A DNA stretch of 64,000 nt from an uncultured Clostridia bacterium (GCA_944362545.1 CALVTJ010000004.1:68494-132493), one strand, 5' to 3'; positions 34,946 to 45,340 are shown, counted from the first letter of the stretch. A program made the numbers and translations. Notes: generated by a model from the sequence alone, not told the origin.

Positions 34946-37900
34946 CTATTGAAACACAATATTTTCATTCCCAATAATTCCACGAAGTTCATTTAACAGA
35001 TAATTGTTCACACGAACGTGTTGTTGATAATTGAATGCTTTGTTTGTCGAAGAACACTTTATAACCACCTGTGTATCGCCCGGATATGAGGCAATAGAAT
35101 TTTTCACCTTGCTATAAACATCTGGATTTTTGGTGTCAAACTTCAAAAACAATCGTTCTTTTGGCTTTGGCTTTTGTTCTTTTTCTTCTTCGTCCTTCCA
35201 AAGCAACACAACTTCTCCGACCGCACTTGGTGGCATACCATCGCGGATGTTGATTCTCCCCTTGACAGTCACCAAATTGTCTTCTTCTAGTAAATCGCGA
35301 TATCTTGAAAACGCATTTGAGAAGAAGGTAAGTTCGATTGTGCCCTTCAAATCTTCAAGTTTGACATAACACATCTCTCTGCCACTCTTGGAGCGCTTGC
35401 GATTGACCTCTGTGATGATTCCTCCACAAATGAAAGGTTGTCCATCTTGCAAAGTGGTTTCGCTTGTAAATTTATCATCTTGATATTCATCACTTTCAGA
35501 CAATTCATCATCATTCTCTTGTGCAAGCATATCAGAAGTAAGCGTGTAATTTTCAAATTTTTTGCCATAATCTTGAAGTGGATGTCCTGACATATAAACG
35601 CCAATGATGTCGCGTTCATTTTTCAGCAATGTCTTTTTGTTAAATTCCTTGATATCAGGATAATCAGTTGTATCAACAATTTTGTCCTCACCAAAGAAGG
35701 AAAGTTGACCGATTTGATTGCTCTTTTTATCCTTGTTTGCTCTGTCAACAAGTTTTTCATACACCGCCATATATTGCGAACGAGTGTGACCAAAACAATC
35801 AAATGCTCCACTCAAAATCAAACATTCAATGGCTTTTTTGTTTATGCCAAGTTTGACTGCGCGCTTGATAAAGTCATCAAAATTTTTATATTCTCCATGT
35901 TCTTCGCGTTCTTTAACAATGTTGTCAGTCAGTGCTGTTCCGACATGTTTGAGCCCGCCAAGCCCAAAACGAATGCTCTTTCCTTCAACATTAAAATCCG
36001 ACATACTCTTGTTGATATCCGGTGGAAGAACCTCAATGTTTTCGGTGCGCGCAAAGGAGACATACTTTTTGATGTCATCCGCATTTGTTATACGGTCATT
36101 GAGAATTGCTGTGATAAATTCCACTTCGTAATAACACTTGAGATACGCTGTTTGATATGCCACATAGGCATATGCAGCGGCATGCGACTTGTTGAAGGCG
36201 TATTTTGCAAACTCTTTCATTTCATCAAAAATCTTGTTTGCAACTTCTGGGTCATGTCCAAGTTTTATCGCACCAGGGATACTCTTTTTGCCTTCTGGGT
36301 CAACCCAACCATTGATGAACTTTTCTCTTTCTTTGTCAATTTTGTCAACCTGCTTTTTGCCCATGATACGACGGATGTTGTCGGCTTGTCCAAGGCTGTA
36401 TCCTGCCATGACCTGCACAATTTTCATAACCTGTTCCTGATAGACAATGCAACCGTAAGTGACATCCAAAATGCTTTCAAGACATGGATCCTCATAAACC
36501 ACTTTTGATGGGTCTTGTTTGTTGCGCACAAAGGTTGGAATAAAGTCCATAGGCCCTGGACGGTAAAGCGAAACGCCGGCAATAATATCATCAAGACAAC
36601 TTGGTTTGAGTTCTTTCATAAACTTCTTCATGCCGGCACTTTCAAGTTGGAACACTGCATCTGTCTTTCCACTGGCAATAAGATTGTAGACATTAGGGTC
36701 GTTGTATTCCATACTGTAAAAATCAATCTTCACACCATAATCTTTGTAGATATAATCACACGCCTTTTTGATGTCAGTTAGAGTTCGAAGTCCCAAAAAG
36801 TCCATCTTCAAAAGTCCAAGGTGTTCAAGCTCTATCATGTTGTATTGTGTCACGCGCTCGTTGTCTGATTTTGCCACCGGTACAAAGTTTGAAACCGGCT
36901 CTGGAGCAATCAAAACACCGCAAGCATGTTGTGATGTGTTTCTTGGCACACCTTCAAGTTTGATTGCCATGTCGGCAATGCGTTTGATGTTTGGGTCGCT
37001 GTCATAAAGTTCGCGGAGTTCTGGGATGATATACTTTTCATTTTCTGGCTTGCCCGTTGTGCCAAAATAATATTTGAGCACAGGTGGTTTTTTGATACCA
37101 TCCGGCAGTTTGTTTGGAATGAGTTTTGTGATTTTCATAACTTCCGGATTTGGCGTGCGCAAAACTCTTGCCACATCTCTTATGGCATTTTTCGCCTGCA
37201 TACAACCAAATGTCACAATGCAAGCCACATGGTCCTGCCCATAGCGCCTTTTGACATATTCGATGACTTCACCGCGTCTATCCATACAAAAATCGACATC
37301 AAAATCGGGCATGGAAACACGCTCTTTGTTAATAAAACGCTCAAAAATCAAGTTGTACTTCATCGGGTCAACTTTGGTGATGCCAGAACAATAAGCCACC
37401 AAACTGCCCGCACCGCTTCCACGGCCGGGTCCAACCGGAATGCCCTGACTTTCTGCATAGTGAATGTAATCCCACACAATCAAAAAGTATTCAACAAACC
37501 CCTGTTCTTTGACAATTGAGAGTTCCATTTCCAGCCTTTCCAAAAGTTCTGGCGTGATTTCTTTGTATTTTTTGTGCAAGCCTTCAAAAGAGATTCTGCG
37601 CAAAAAGTCATATGGAGTTTCTCCTGTTAAAGTTTTGTAAACAGGGATATAGTTTTTCGAAGCCGGAAGTTTATATTTTTTGTCAACTTCAGGAATTTCT
37701 CCAAGCGACTTTGTTTGTATGATAACTTCACACTTGTTGGCAATTTCCACCGTGTTTGCCACTGCCTCTTCAAATCCGGTCATAGCATCCATCATCTCAT
37801 CATAAGTTTTGAGATAAAATTCATCCGTTCCAAATTTGAGTCGGTCAGTGTCATCGAGATATTTCCCCATCTGCACACACATCAAAACATCTTGCATTTC

Positions 37901-38539
37901 AGCATCTTCTTTGTAAAGATAATGCACATCGTTTGTTGCCACCATTTTAATTCCAAACTTTTTGGACATTTCGGCAAGGTGCTGATTGACAATTTTTTGT
38001 TCAGGAAGGTTGTGATTTTGAATTTCAAGATAAAAATCTCCTTCATCAAACATATCTTTAAGTTTCAATGTAAGTGCTTCCGCCTCATCATAACGCCTTT
38101 GCAAAATGAGTGAAGGGATATGTCCTGCAAGGCAAGCGGACAGACAAATAACCCCCTTGCTGTGCTGTGCAAGAGCCTCATAGTCAATTCGTGGTTTGTA
38201 GTAAAATCCTTCGCAAAAAGCAATCTCATTGAGTTTCATAAGATTGTGATAACCCTCATTGTTTTTTGCCAGCAAAATGATGTGTCCAATGTCATCCTTG
38301 CCCTGTTTTCTGTGCAAGTCATTGCAGATATAAAATTCGCATCCCAAAATTGGCTTAATGTTGGCTTTTATGCACTCTTCATAAAACTGCAAGGCACCAT
38401 ACATATTGCCGTGGTCGGTGATAGCAACAGCACTGTAGCCACGCTCTTTTGTGATTTCTACCAATTTTTTTATGCGCGCAATGCCATCCAAAAGCGAGTA
38501 TTCTGTGTGAACATGCAAGTGAACAAAATCTTTCATCAT
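34946..38539 (-). CDS. dnaE: DNA polymerase III alpha subunit (DnaE)
   Basis: 1197 aa. PHP domain FVHLHVHTEYSLLDG, polymerase core (PDFDVDF), OB-fold region. Confidence 0.95.
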   Translation of the reverse strand: MMKDFVHLHVHTEYSLLDGIARIKKLVEITKERGYSAVAITDHGNMYGALQFYEECIKANIKPILGCEFYICNDLHRKQGKDDIGHIILLAKNNEGYHNLMKLNEIAFCEGFYYKPRIDYEALAQHSKGVICLSACLAGHIPSLILQRRYDEAEALTLKLKDMFDEGDFYLEIQNHNLPEQKIVNQHLAEMSKKFGIKMVATNDVHYLYKEDAEMQDVLMCVQMGKYLDDTDRLKFGTDEFYLKTYDEMMDAMTGFEEAVANTVEIANKCEVIIQTKSLGEIPEVDKKYKLPASKNYIPVYKTLTGETPYDFLRRISFEGLHKKYKEITPELLERLEMELSIVKEQGFVEYFLIVWDYIHYAESQGIPVGPGRGSGAGSLVAYCSGITKVDPMKYNLIFERFINKERVSMPDFDVDFCMDRRGEVIEYVKRRYGQDHVACIVTFGCMQAKNAIRDVARVLRTPNPEVMKITKLIPNKLPDGIKKPPVLKYYFGTTGKPENEKYIIPELRELYDSDPNIKRIADMAIKLEGVPRNTSQHACGVLIAPEPVSNFVPVAKSDNERVTQYNMIELEHLGLLKMDFLGLRTLTDIKKACDYIYKDYGVKIDFYSMEYNDPNVYNLIASGKTDAVFQLESAGMKKFMKELKPSCLDDIIAGVSLYRPGPMDFIPTFVRNKQDPSKVVYEDPCLESILDVTYGCIVYQEQVMKIVQVMAGYSLGQADNIRRIMGKKQVDKIDKEREKFINGWVDPEGKKSIPGAIKLGHDPEVANKIFDEMKEFAKYAFNKSHAAAYAYVAYQTAYLKCYYEVEFITAILNDRITNADDIKKYVSFARTENIEVLPPDINKSMSDFNVEGKSIRFGLGGLKHVGTALTDNIVKEREEHGEYKNFDDFIKRAVKLGINKKAIECLILSGAFDCFGHTRSQYMAVYEKLVDRANKDKKSNQIGQLSFFGEDKIVDTTDYPDIKEFNKKTLLKNERDIIGVYMSGHPLQDYGKKFENYTLTSDMLAQENDDELSESDEYQDDKFTSETTLQDGQPFICGGIITEVNRKRSKSGREMCYVKLEDLKGTIELTFFSNAFSRYRDLLEEDNLVTVKGRINIRDGMPPSAVGEVVLLWKDEEEKEQKPKPKERLFLKFDTKNPDVYSKVKNSIASYPGDTQVVIKCSSTNKAFNYQQHVRVNNYLLNELRGIIGNENIVFQ

Positions 38540-39501
38540 TCCTCCAAATCGTGTGCAATTTTGATAAGTTTTCTAAATCTGTGATTGAGCCCCGAACGTG
38601 TCAATTTAATTGTGGAAAGTTTCAAAAGTTCATCCAAACTCTCCTCTTGATTTGCAAGGCGCAACACTGCCACTTCCTGCAAATCTTCCGGCAAACTTTC
38701 CAGTCCAATCGTGTTTATAATAGTGTTTATGGCATTAACCTGTTTAAGTGATGCCTCCACCGTTTTGTTAATGTTGGCATTGATGCAGTTTACCTGTCTG
38801 TTGACCTTGTTTCGAAGTTCGCGCGTGACAATCTCATTTGACAGTTTGAGCACGCTTTCACTTGCTCCCACAAGAGCCAACAAATCTTGAATAGTGTTGA
38901 CATCTTTTATGTAAAGCACAAACGCGTTTTTTCTCTCAAAAATTTTGCCGATGATGTTATACTCCGCCAAAATGCTAGAAAATTCCAACAAAAATTCGTG
39001 ACTTGGTGAAGAAAATTCCATATGATACCCCGAACCACAACTCTGCGCCGAGTCCGTGGAGAGTTTGATTGAAGAGGTGCTTGCTCCAATGTAGACACCT
39101 TTGATAAATGCTCTGCGTGCTTCATCTTCATGCAAAAGGTTTTTGTCAATTTCAAAATTGAAAGAAAGCCCATTTGTAGCATCCAAAATTCCGACATCCA
39201 CAAGCATCTGCTTAAACTTTTCCACATCAAACGAAATCTCATAATATGTGTTTTTGTTGATGTTGTTATAACTCTCTGCCACTTCCGCCTCAACATTGTC
39301 ACCATAGAGTTTTTTTATAATCTTTTGACAATATCCAAACAGTTTGTCAACATCCGACACAATCTTGACATAAACATGATTGTTTTTCTTTTCAATTTCT
39401 CCACAGGAGTGCAAAAGACCGGACAAAAAAGCAAGTGATGCACTGTCATCTTCTATGTCCGTTTTCAAAATCTCTTCTTTTGACTCTCGTGAAAAACTCA
39501 T
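38536..39501 (-). CDS. whiA: Sporulation/cell-division regulator WhiA
   Basis: 321 aa. SFSRESKEEIL..AFLSGLLHSCG degenerate LAGLIDADG scaffold plus a C-terminal HTH (LTRSGLNHRFRKL). Confidence 0.9.
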   Translation of the reverse strand: MSFSRESKEEILKTDIEDDSASLAFLSGLLHSCGEIEKKNNHVYVKIVSDVDKLFGYCQKIIKKLYGDNVEAEVAESYNNINKNTYYEISFDVEKFKQMLVDVGILDATNGLSFNFEIDKNLLHEDEARRAFIKGVYIGASTSSIKLSTDSAQSCGSGYHMEFSSPSHEFLLEFSSILAEYNIIGKIFERKNAFVLYIKDVNTIQDLLALVGASESVLKLSNEIVTRELRNKVNRQVNCINANINKTVEASLKQVNAINTIINTIGLESLPEDLQEVAVLRLANQEESLDELLKLSTIKLTRSGLNHRFRKLIKIAHDLEE

Positions 39502-40266
39502 CTAATTCCCTCTTTTCTTGTGAAATTTTGGCAATTTGTCAATATTGACCACCTGTGAAAGCGGAATGTCATATTTGTAAATCAAATTCAATCCTCTGTT
39601 CACTTCGCCGACATTTTCTGGTTTGTGAGCATCAGAATTGACAATAAACTTCACTCCTTCTGCGCTCATTGTGCGGATTTCATCTTCAGTGAAATTGATT
39701 CTCTTGCCATTAAGTTCAACATAAATCCCCTTCTGCTTTGCCATTTTTGCCACTGCAATGGTGTCCGTTTGAAAACCATAATTCAAATGCGTTATGACAT
39801 CAATTGGATATTTGTCCATTGCCTTCAAAATGGCGGTGGTGTTTCTGTTAGTGCGCTCCTTACTCTCTCCAAAATGTTTGCCAATGTTGTTTGCCCAACA
39901 GAGCAAAAATTTGTCTCTCATCGAACTTGTGTGCACCATTCTGTGATATCCCATCAGGAAAATATCCAAAAACTCATAATCTTCTTCTTTGACATCAACA
40001 TCCCCATCAAGTGATATAAGGTTTGCTTCCACACCAAGCAAAATATCCACGCCAGTGATTTCCTTGGCATTTAAGATATCCTCTTGCAAAGATGGAATAT
40101 TTTTTCTGCGAATTCCAAAAAACTCATGATTAAAGCCATGGTCGGTGATAGCAATCTGCTTCAAACCCTTGTCGGCAGCGACAGAAGCATTTTCAAGCAC
40201 CGTACCTTTCCCGTGATGATTACGCGAATAGGTTGTATGAGTATGATAATCTCCATACAAAAGCAT
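39502..40266 (-). CDS. PHP-family phosphoesterase
   Basis: GDYHTHTTYS..ITDHG..GYHRMVH..THLNY..SDAH metal-ligand pattern of the PHP/histidinol-phosphatase fold. Confidence 0.8.
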   Translation of the reverse strand: MLLYGDYHTHTTYSRNHHGKGTVLENASVAADKGLKQIAITDHGFNHEFFGIRRKNIPSLQEDILNAKEITGVDILLGVEANLISLDGDVDVKEEDYEFLDIFLMGYHRMVHTSSMRDKFLLCWANNIGKHFGESKERTNRNTTAILKAMDKYPIDVITHLNYGFQTDTIAVAKMAKQKGIYVELNGKRINFTEDEIRTMSAEGVKFIVNSDAHKPENVGEVNRGLNLIYKYDIPLSQVVNIDKLPKFHKKRGN

Positions 40267-40296
40267 AAAATCCCCCTTAATAAAACAACTACACTA

Positions 40297-40324
40297 ATTA
40301 TATAATATTTTGTCAAAAAGTCAA
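40297..40324 (-). promoter_or_regulatory. Sigma-A promoter of the PHP-whiA-dnaE-pfkA transcription unit
   Basis: Minus strand: TTGACT (40319-40324), 16-nt spacer, TATAAT (40297-40302). Confidence 0.6.
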
Positions 40325-40353
40325 ACAAGAAAACAAAAAAGGTCCTTTCAAAA

Positions 40354-40380
40354 GAAAAAAATGATGACCAAAGCCATCAT
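40354..40380 (-). terminator. Intrinsic terminator downstream of dtd
   Basis: Minus strand: GATGATGGC-TTT-GGTCATCAT (one mismatch) followed by TTTTTTT. Confidence 0.6.
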
Positions 40381-40544
40381 CCCTTTAAAATCTAACAATT
40401 CCCACATGTCATTCTGCCGTTTCGTGACCGTTTTGTATAAAACAGCACAAGGTACCAGTCGTTCTGATGGTCAAAGAGCGGTTTTTTTCTAATATCCCTG
40501 TCATTCTGAGCCGTGCAAAGCACGTGTCGAAGAATCTCGGTGTT

Positions 40545-40985
40545 TTATTTCTCTAATATGAGCGTGAATGGTCCCTGATTTTCTTGCACAATCTTCATGT
40601 CCGCACCAAAAACTCCCAATTTGACAGAACAGCCATAATCACCTTCCAATATTTCTGCAAGTTTATGATAAAGTGCATTGGCACGCTCTGGAAGTTCCGC
40701 AGTCACAAAACTTGGTCGGTTCCCATGTTGACAATCTCCCGCAAGAGTAAACTGTGACACTAGCAAAATCTCGCCTTTCACATCGGCAAGTGAAAGATTT
40801 GTTTTTCCGTTTGAATCAGGAAAAATTCTCATGCCGGCAAGTTTCTTTGCAAAAAATAAAAGTTTGTCTTCGCTGTCATCCTTCTCTACACAAAAATAAA
40901 CCACCATGCCCTTGCCAATCTTTGACACGAGTCTTTCTTCCACTGACAACTCGGCACCATTTACTATCTGCACAATTGCTTTCAT
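40545..40985 (-). CDS. dtd: D-aminoacyl-tRNA deacylase
   Basis: MKAIVQIV.., SQFTLAGD, NQGPFT motifs. Start trimmed to ATG 40985. Confidence 0.9.
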   Translation of the reverse strand: MKAIVQIVNGAELSVEERLVSKIGKGMVVYFCVEKDDSEDKLLFFAKKLAGMRIFPDSNGKTNLSLADVKGEILLVSQFTLAGDCQHGNRPSFVTAELPERANALYHKLAEILEGDYGCSVKLGVFGADMKIVQENQGPFTLILEK

Positions 40986-41076
40986 TTTTTTCTCCTTTTC
41001 GCTTGTCCAAAACATTCAAAGTGGCAAAAATTTCACATAAAAATTGTCAAAATGTTCAAAAAACAGGCTCCGCGAT

Positions 41077-42003
41077 TCACTTTTTTGAACATTCGTTTTT
41101 CAAAACAACAATTTCTCTTTCAGGAAAAACACCCAAATTTGCCAGTTTGTTTTCCAAGAATTGCACAAGTTTCTGCACATCTTCGCTTGTTGCTCCACCT
41201 GTGTTGACTACAAAACCTGCGTGCTTTTTTGACACTTCTGCTCCACCTATTTTAACACCTTTCAGTCCCATGTTGTCAATCAATTTTGCGGGGTAGACAA
41301 TTTCCTCCTTCGTAATCACTCTTTTAAAAACACTTCCAAGCGATGGCAAATCGCATGGTTGCAGTCGGCGTTTTTCTTCCAAAGTGGAGAGCATTTTGGC
41401 TTTTATCACATCGGCATTGTCAAGTCGCAAACGCAGTTTCACTTCCAGCACAACACAACTGTCTTTCAAACTTGAATGGCGGTAAGAAAATTCTATCTCA
41501 TCTCTCTTTAAGGTCAAAATCTGCAAATCCTTCAAAACTGTCACTTCTTCCACAAACTCACATATCTCATGCCCAAAGCATCCACCATTGCAAACAACAA
41601 ACCCACCCAACGTTGCGGGCACGCCATAACTCCATTCCAAACCGCTCAAGTTATTCTTTTGAAGATACAAATTGAGATAAAACAAGTTCATTCCGGCACC
41701 AATAAATGCACTTTCGCCGGAAATTTTTATGTCATTAAAATGTTTAAGGTTGACAAGCACTCCATCAAAACCGCTGTCATCAAACAGAATATTGCTACCA
41801 TTGCCGACAACATAAAATCTCATCCCTTGTCCGTGGCAAATTTTCAAAACTTTGACAAGTTCCCTTTTGCTGCGTGGAAAGACAATATATTTTGCCCTTC
41901 CGCCTGTTTTCATAGTGGAGTAGTTTTTCAAATCAACATTTTCAAAAAAATCAAACCCCCGAAATAGATGTTTATTTCTCATGACATCTATATATGCAAG
42001 CAA
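41077..42003 (-). CDS. murB: UDP-N-acetylenolpyruvoylglucosamine reductase
   Basis: NYSTMKTGGRAKYIVFP FAD-binding region, GNGSNILF, and C-terminal GSVFKR..AGF. The exact start is uncertain (42003 or 41982). Confidence 0.9.
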   Translation of the reverse strand: MLAYIDVMRNKHLFRGFDFFENVDLKNYSTMKTGGRAKYIVFPRSKRELVKVLKICHGQGMRFYVVGNGSNILFDDSGFDGVLVNLKHFNDIKISGESAFIGAGMNLFYLNLYLQKNNLSGLEWSYGVPATLGGFVVCNGGCFGHEICEFVEEVTVLKDLQILTLKRDEIEFSYRHSSLKDSCVVLEVKLRLRLDNADVIKAKMLSTLEEKRRLQPCDLPSLGSVFKRVITKEEIVYPAKLIDNMGLKGVKIGGAEVSKKHAGFVVNTGGATSEDVQKLVQFLENKLANLGVFPEREIVVLKNECSKK

Positions 42004-42018
42004 AATTCAAAAGGCAAA

Positions 42019-42047
42019 AGAAAAAACAGAACCTACGCAAGTTCTGT
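42019..42047 (-). terminator. Terminator-like hairpin immediately upstream of murB
   Basis: Minus strand: ACAGAAC-TTGCGTAG-GTTCTGT followed by TTTTTT, about 15 nt before the murB start. Confidence 0.5.
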
Positions 42048-42387
42048 CTTTAAAACTTTCATGATTGTGCGATAAGATTTTTCTTCTTCGCCATGTTTTA
42101 TGCTCTGTGTCCACTTTATGTCGCCATATGTGGTGTTTGTCAGAAACTCAATCGCTTAATATCAAAACACCCATAAATCAATATAATTATTACAGCAAAT
42201 TTATAAATTGTAATTTAGTTTTAAATAATTTTTTTACAGTAATTTAGGTGCAAAGAAATGTTTTTATTTTTTAAAAAAAATAAATAATCAATTTTTTCGG
42301 TTGCATTTTTTACCTAATGAAATCAATTATTTATTTTAATGAAAAACCCATCCAAACACAAGGTGTTTGAAGAGATTTGTTATTCAA

Positions 42388-42897
42388 TTAAACAAGTTCC
42401 AACAAAGCCATCTCTGATGCATCGCCACGGCGAGTGCCAAGTTTGATGATTCTTGTGTAGCCACCACCTTGTCCGCTTGTCTTTGCTCTTTCTGCATATT
42501 TTGGTGCATAGACATTGAAAATCTTTTCAATAATTGGATGATTAATTCCTTCAATGCGTGCCTTGTAAGCAGTGATAGATTCTTTTGGCTTTCTCTGTTC
42601 TTGCAAATCATAAACATAAGCCATGATTTTCTTTCTTGCTGCAAGTTTCTTTGGTCCATCATTGAGAACTTCTTTCTTTGTCTTCTTTCCATCAGCGCCC
42701 TTGACTTCTTTGACCACTCTTGTTGTATCTTGGTAAGTATTGATAGCAAGTGTCAAAAGTTTTTCAGCAACTCTTGCAGTTGACTTTGCTTTTGCCAAGG
42801 TTGTTTCAATCTTTCCATTCCAAAGAAGAGAAGAAACCTGTCCACGAAGCATGGCATCTCTTTCTTTTGATGGTCTGCCCAATTTATCGTTAGCCAT
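42388..42897 (-). CDS. rplQ: 50S ribosomal protein L17
   Basis: LGRPSKERDAMLRGQVSSLLWNGKIETTLAKAK N-terminus. At 169 aa it has an internal insertion relative to compact L17s. Confidence 0.93.
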   Translation of the reverse strand: MANDKLGRPSKERDAMLRGQVSSLLWNGKIETTLAKAKSTARVAEKLLTLAINTYQDTTRVVKEVKGADGKKTKKEVLNDGPKKLAARKKIMAYVYDLQEQRKPKESITAYKARIEGINHPIIEKIFNVYAPKYAERAKTSGQGGGYTRIIKLGTRRGDASEMALLELV

Positions 42898-42927
42898 AAT
42901 TGTGCTCCTTTTAAAATTTTTCTAAAA

Positions 42928-43881
42928 TTATTCCTCGTCCGTTCTCAGACTAAGGCCATAACTGTCAAGTTTTTGGATAACTTCTTCAACAGATTTTGCT
43001 CCAAGGTTTCTCACCTTCATCATGTCGCTCTTTGACTTCTTGAGCAAATCTTGAATGGTGTTTATCCCTGCTCTCTTCAAGCAGTTGTAAGAACGAACCG
43101 AGAGATCCATTTCTTCAATAGGAAGTTCCATAAGTTTCACTTGTTTGTCTTCTTCTTTTGAAACGAGAATTGACATGTTGCTCATTTCTGCGCAAAGATC
43201 GATAAACAAATTTACATGTTCATTGACAATCTTTCCTGCAAGCGCAACAATTTCTCTTGCGGATGTTGTGCCATTTGTTGTCACTTCAAGTGTAAGTTTG
43301 TCAAAATCAATGCTGTGACCAACTCTGGTTGCATCAACATTGAAGTTAACTTTCTTGACAGGCGAGAAAATGCTGTCCATTGCAATGAAGTCAATGTTGT
43401 CAAACTTCTTTTTGTTGTCTTCGCTTGAGACATATCCACGACCATTTCCAATCATGACATCCATATCCAAAACGGCGCCTTCATCCATTGTGCAGATGTG
43501 AAGGTCTGGATTCAAAATTTCTACTTGGTCATTTGGTTCAAAGTCTTTTGCAGTCACTTCGCCTGGTGTGTTTTTGCGAAGTTTGAGATATGTGACAAAA
43601 TCTCTGTCTTGATTTGTGCATTTTACTGCCAGTCCTTTCAAGTTCAAAACAATGTCCACAACATCTTCTGTCACTCCACGAATTGTTGAAAATTCATGTG
43701 CCACACCTGCAATTCTAAATGCGATTGGTGCAGAACCTGGAAGTGCAGACAAGAGAGTTCTTCTCATGCAGTTTCCAAGAGTGATGCCGTAGCCCTTTTC
43801 AAGAGGTTCAACAACAAATCTTGCAAAAGCGCCACCATCTGTTTCTTCACAAGTGATTCTTGGTTTTTCCATTTCCATCAT
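42928..43881 (-). CDS. rpoA: DNA-directed RNA polymerase alpha subunit
   Basis: 317 aa. N-terminal dimerisation domain and a C-terminal domain (LSVRSYNCLKRAGINTIQDL). Confidence 0.95.
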   Translation of the reverse strand: MMEMEKPRITCEETDGGAFARFVVEPLEKGYGITLGNCMRRTLLSALPGSAPIAFRIAGVAHEFSTIRGVTEDVVDIVLNLKGLAVKCTNQDRDFVTYLKLRKNTPGEVTAKDFEPNDQVEILNPDLHICTMDEGAVLDMDVMIGNGRGYVSSEDNKKKFDNIDFIAMDSIFSPVKKVNFNVDATRVGHSIDFDKLTLEVTTNGTTSAREIVALAGKIVNEHVNLFIDLCAEMSNMSILVSKEEDKQVKLMELPIEEMDLSVRSYNCLKRAGINTIQDLLKKSKSDMMKVRNLGAKSVEEVIQKLDSYGLSLRTDEE

Positions 43882-43899
43882 AATTAAATCCCCCTAATA

Positions 43900-44520
43900 T
43901 TATCTCGAATACAATTCGACAATGAGTTGTTCTTTGATGTCAGAATCAATATCTTCTCTTGTTGGCAAAGCAACAATCTTTCCTGTCAAGGTTTCAGTGT
44001 TGAATTCCAACCACTTTGGCATAACAATCTTCATACCCTTGAGATCCTTGAACATTTCAAGGTCTTGCTTGTTTTCTTTAACAGAAACAACATCTCCAAC
44101 TTTGACTCTGTATGAAGCAATTGTCACACGCTTGCCATTTACACAGATGTGTCCATGGTTTACGATTTGGCGACATTCTGCTCTTGAAGCACCAATACCC
44201 ATTCTGAAAATGACATTGTCGAGTCTTCTTTCAATGAGGGACAACATATTTTCACATGTGACACCCTTCATCTTTGTTGCATCTTCATAATATTTTCTAA
44301 ATTGTTTTTCCAATATGCCGTACATTCTCTTAACTTTTTGTTTTTCGCGAAGTTGAAGTCCATATTCAGTAACTCTCTTTCTTGAAGCACCATGTTGTCC
44401 AGGAACAACAGGTCTTCTTTCCATAGCACACTTTTTGGTTGTGCATCTTTCACCTTTAAGGAAAAGTTTGCGTCCTTCTCTTCTGCATTGACGGCAATCT
44501 GGTTCAATAGTTCTTGCCAT
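43900..44520 (-). CDS. rpsD: 30S ribosomal protein S4
   Basis: MARTIEPDCRQCRREGRKLFLKGERC zinc-type N-terminus. Start trimmed to ATG 44520. Confidence 0.95.
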   Translation of the reverse strand: MARTIEPDCRQCRREGRKLFLKGERCTTKKCAMERRPVVPGQHGASRKRVTEYGLQLREKQKVKRMYGILEKQFRKYYEDATKMKGVTCENMLSLIERRLDNVIFRMGIGASRAECRQIVNHGHICVNGKRVTIASYRVKVGDVVSVKENKQDLEMFKDLKGMKIVMPKWLEFNTETLTGKIVALPTREDIDSDIKEQLIVELYSR

Positions 44521-44534
44521 TTTTCTCTCTCCTT

Positions 44535-44954
44535 TTAAACTCTTCTTCTTTTTGGAGGTCTGCAACCGTTATGAGCGATTGGAGAAACATCCTTAATAAG
44601 TGTCACATTGAAACCAAGAGTTGAAAGGCAACGAATAGCACTTTCTCTGCCATTTCCTGGTCCTTTTACATACACTTCAACGGTCTTCATTCCGTTGTCG
44701 AGCGCAACCTTTCCTGCTGTTTCAACACAAGTCTGTGCAGCAAATGGTGTGCTCTTCTTTGAACCTTTCAGCCCAAGTCTTCCTGATGAGCAAGAAGAAA
44801 TTACATTACCTTCCATATCAGTGAAAACGATAATGTTGTTGTTGAAAGAAGTTGTGATATGCACTTGTCCTTTTTCAACATTTCTATTTACTCTTTTTCT
44901 TGTCTTGACAGCCTTTTTCTTGTTGGCTGTGGTAGCAGTTTTTACGTTTGCCAT
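44535..44954 (-). CDS. rpsK: 30S ribosomal protein S11
   Basis: [34 protein letters not shown] overlap with rpsM. Confidence 0.95.
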   Translation of the reverse strand: MANVKTATTANKKKAVKTRKRVNRNVEKGQVHITTSFNNNIIVFTDMEGNVISSCSSGRLGLKGSKKSTPFAAQTCVETAGKVALDNGMKTVEVYVKGPGNGRESAIRCLSTLGFNVTLIKDVSPIAHNGCRPPKRRRV

Positions 44955-45340
44955 TATACACCTACCTTACCTTTCTTAGCGCTTCCGCTAACGATTTTCT
45001 TTGGACCCTTTCTTGTTCTTGCGTTATTCTTTGTGCTTTGTCCACGAACAGGAAGTCCTTTTCTGTGACGAATACCACGATAGCAACCAATTTCGTTGAG
45101 TTTCTTGATATTCATGCTAACTTTTGATTTAAGTTCACCTTCAACGATAAGATTGTGTTCAATATAATTACGAAGTTTGGCAACTTGGTCTTCTGTCAAG
45201 TCCTTTACGCGTATGTCCATTGAAATACCTGTTGCTTTGCAGATATTTCTTGATGTTTCAACGCCAATTCCGTAAATATAAGTCAAACCATATTCCAATC
45301 TCTTTTCTCTTGGAAGGTCAACACCAGCAATTCTTGCCAT
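44954..45340 (-). CDS. rpsM: 30S ribosomal protein S13
   Basis: [26 protein letters not shown]. Confidence 0.95.
   Translation of the reverse strand: MARIAGVDLPREKRLEYGLTYIYGIGVETSRNICKATGISMDIRVKDLTEDQVAKLRNYIEHNLIVEGELKSKVSMNIKKLNEIGCYRGIRHRKGLPVRGQSTKNNARTRKGPKKIVSGSAKKGKVGV

Noticed and set aside
40310-40492. 60-aa plus-strand ORF in the dtd/PHP intergenic region, and 60-aa plus-strand ORF at 42065-42247 upstream of murB.
   Set aside because: Neither has an RBS. Both have non-ATG or weak starts and implausible composition, and both run antisense to the local transcription direction. The regions are treated as non-coding structured DNA instead.
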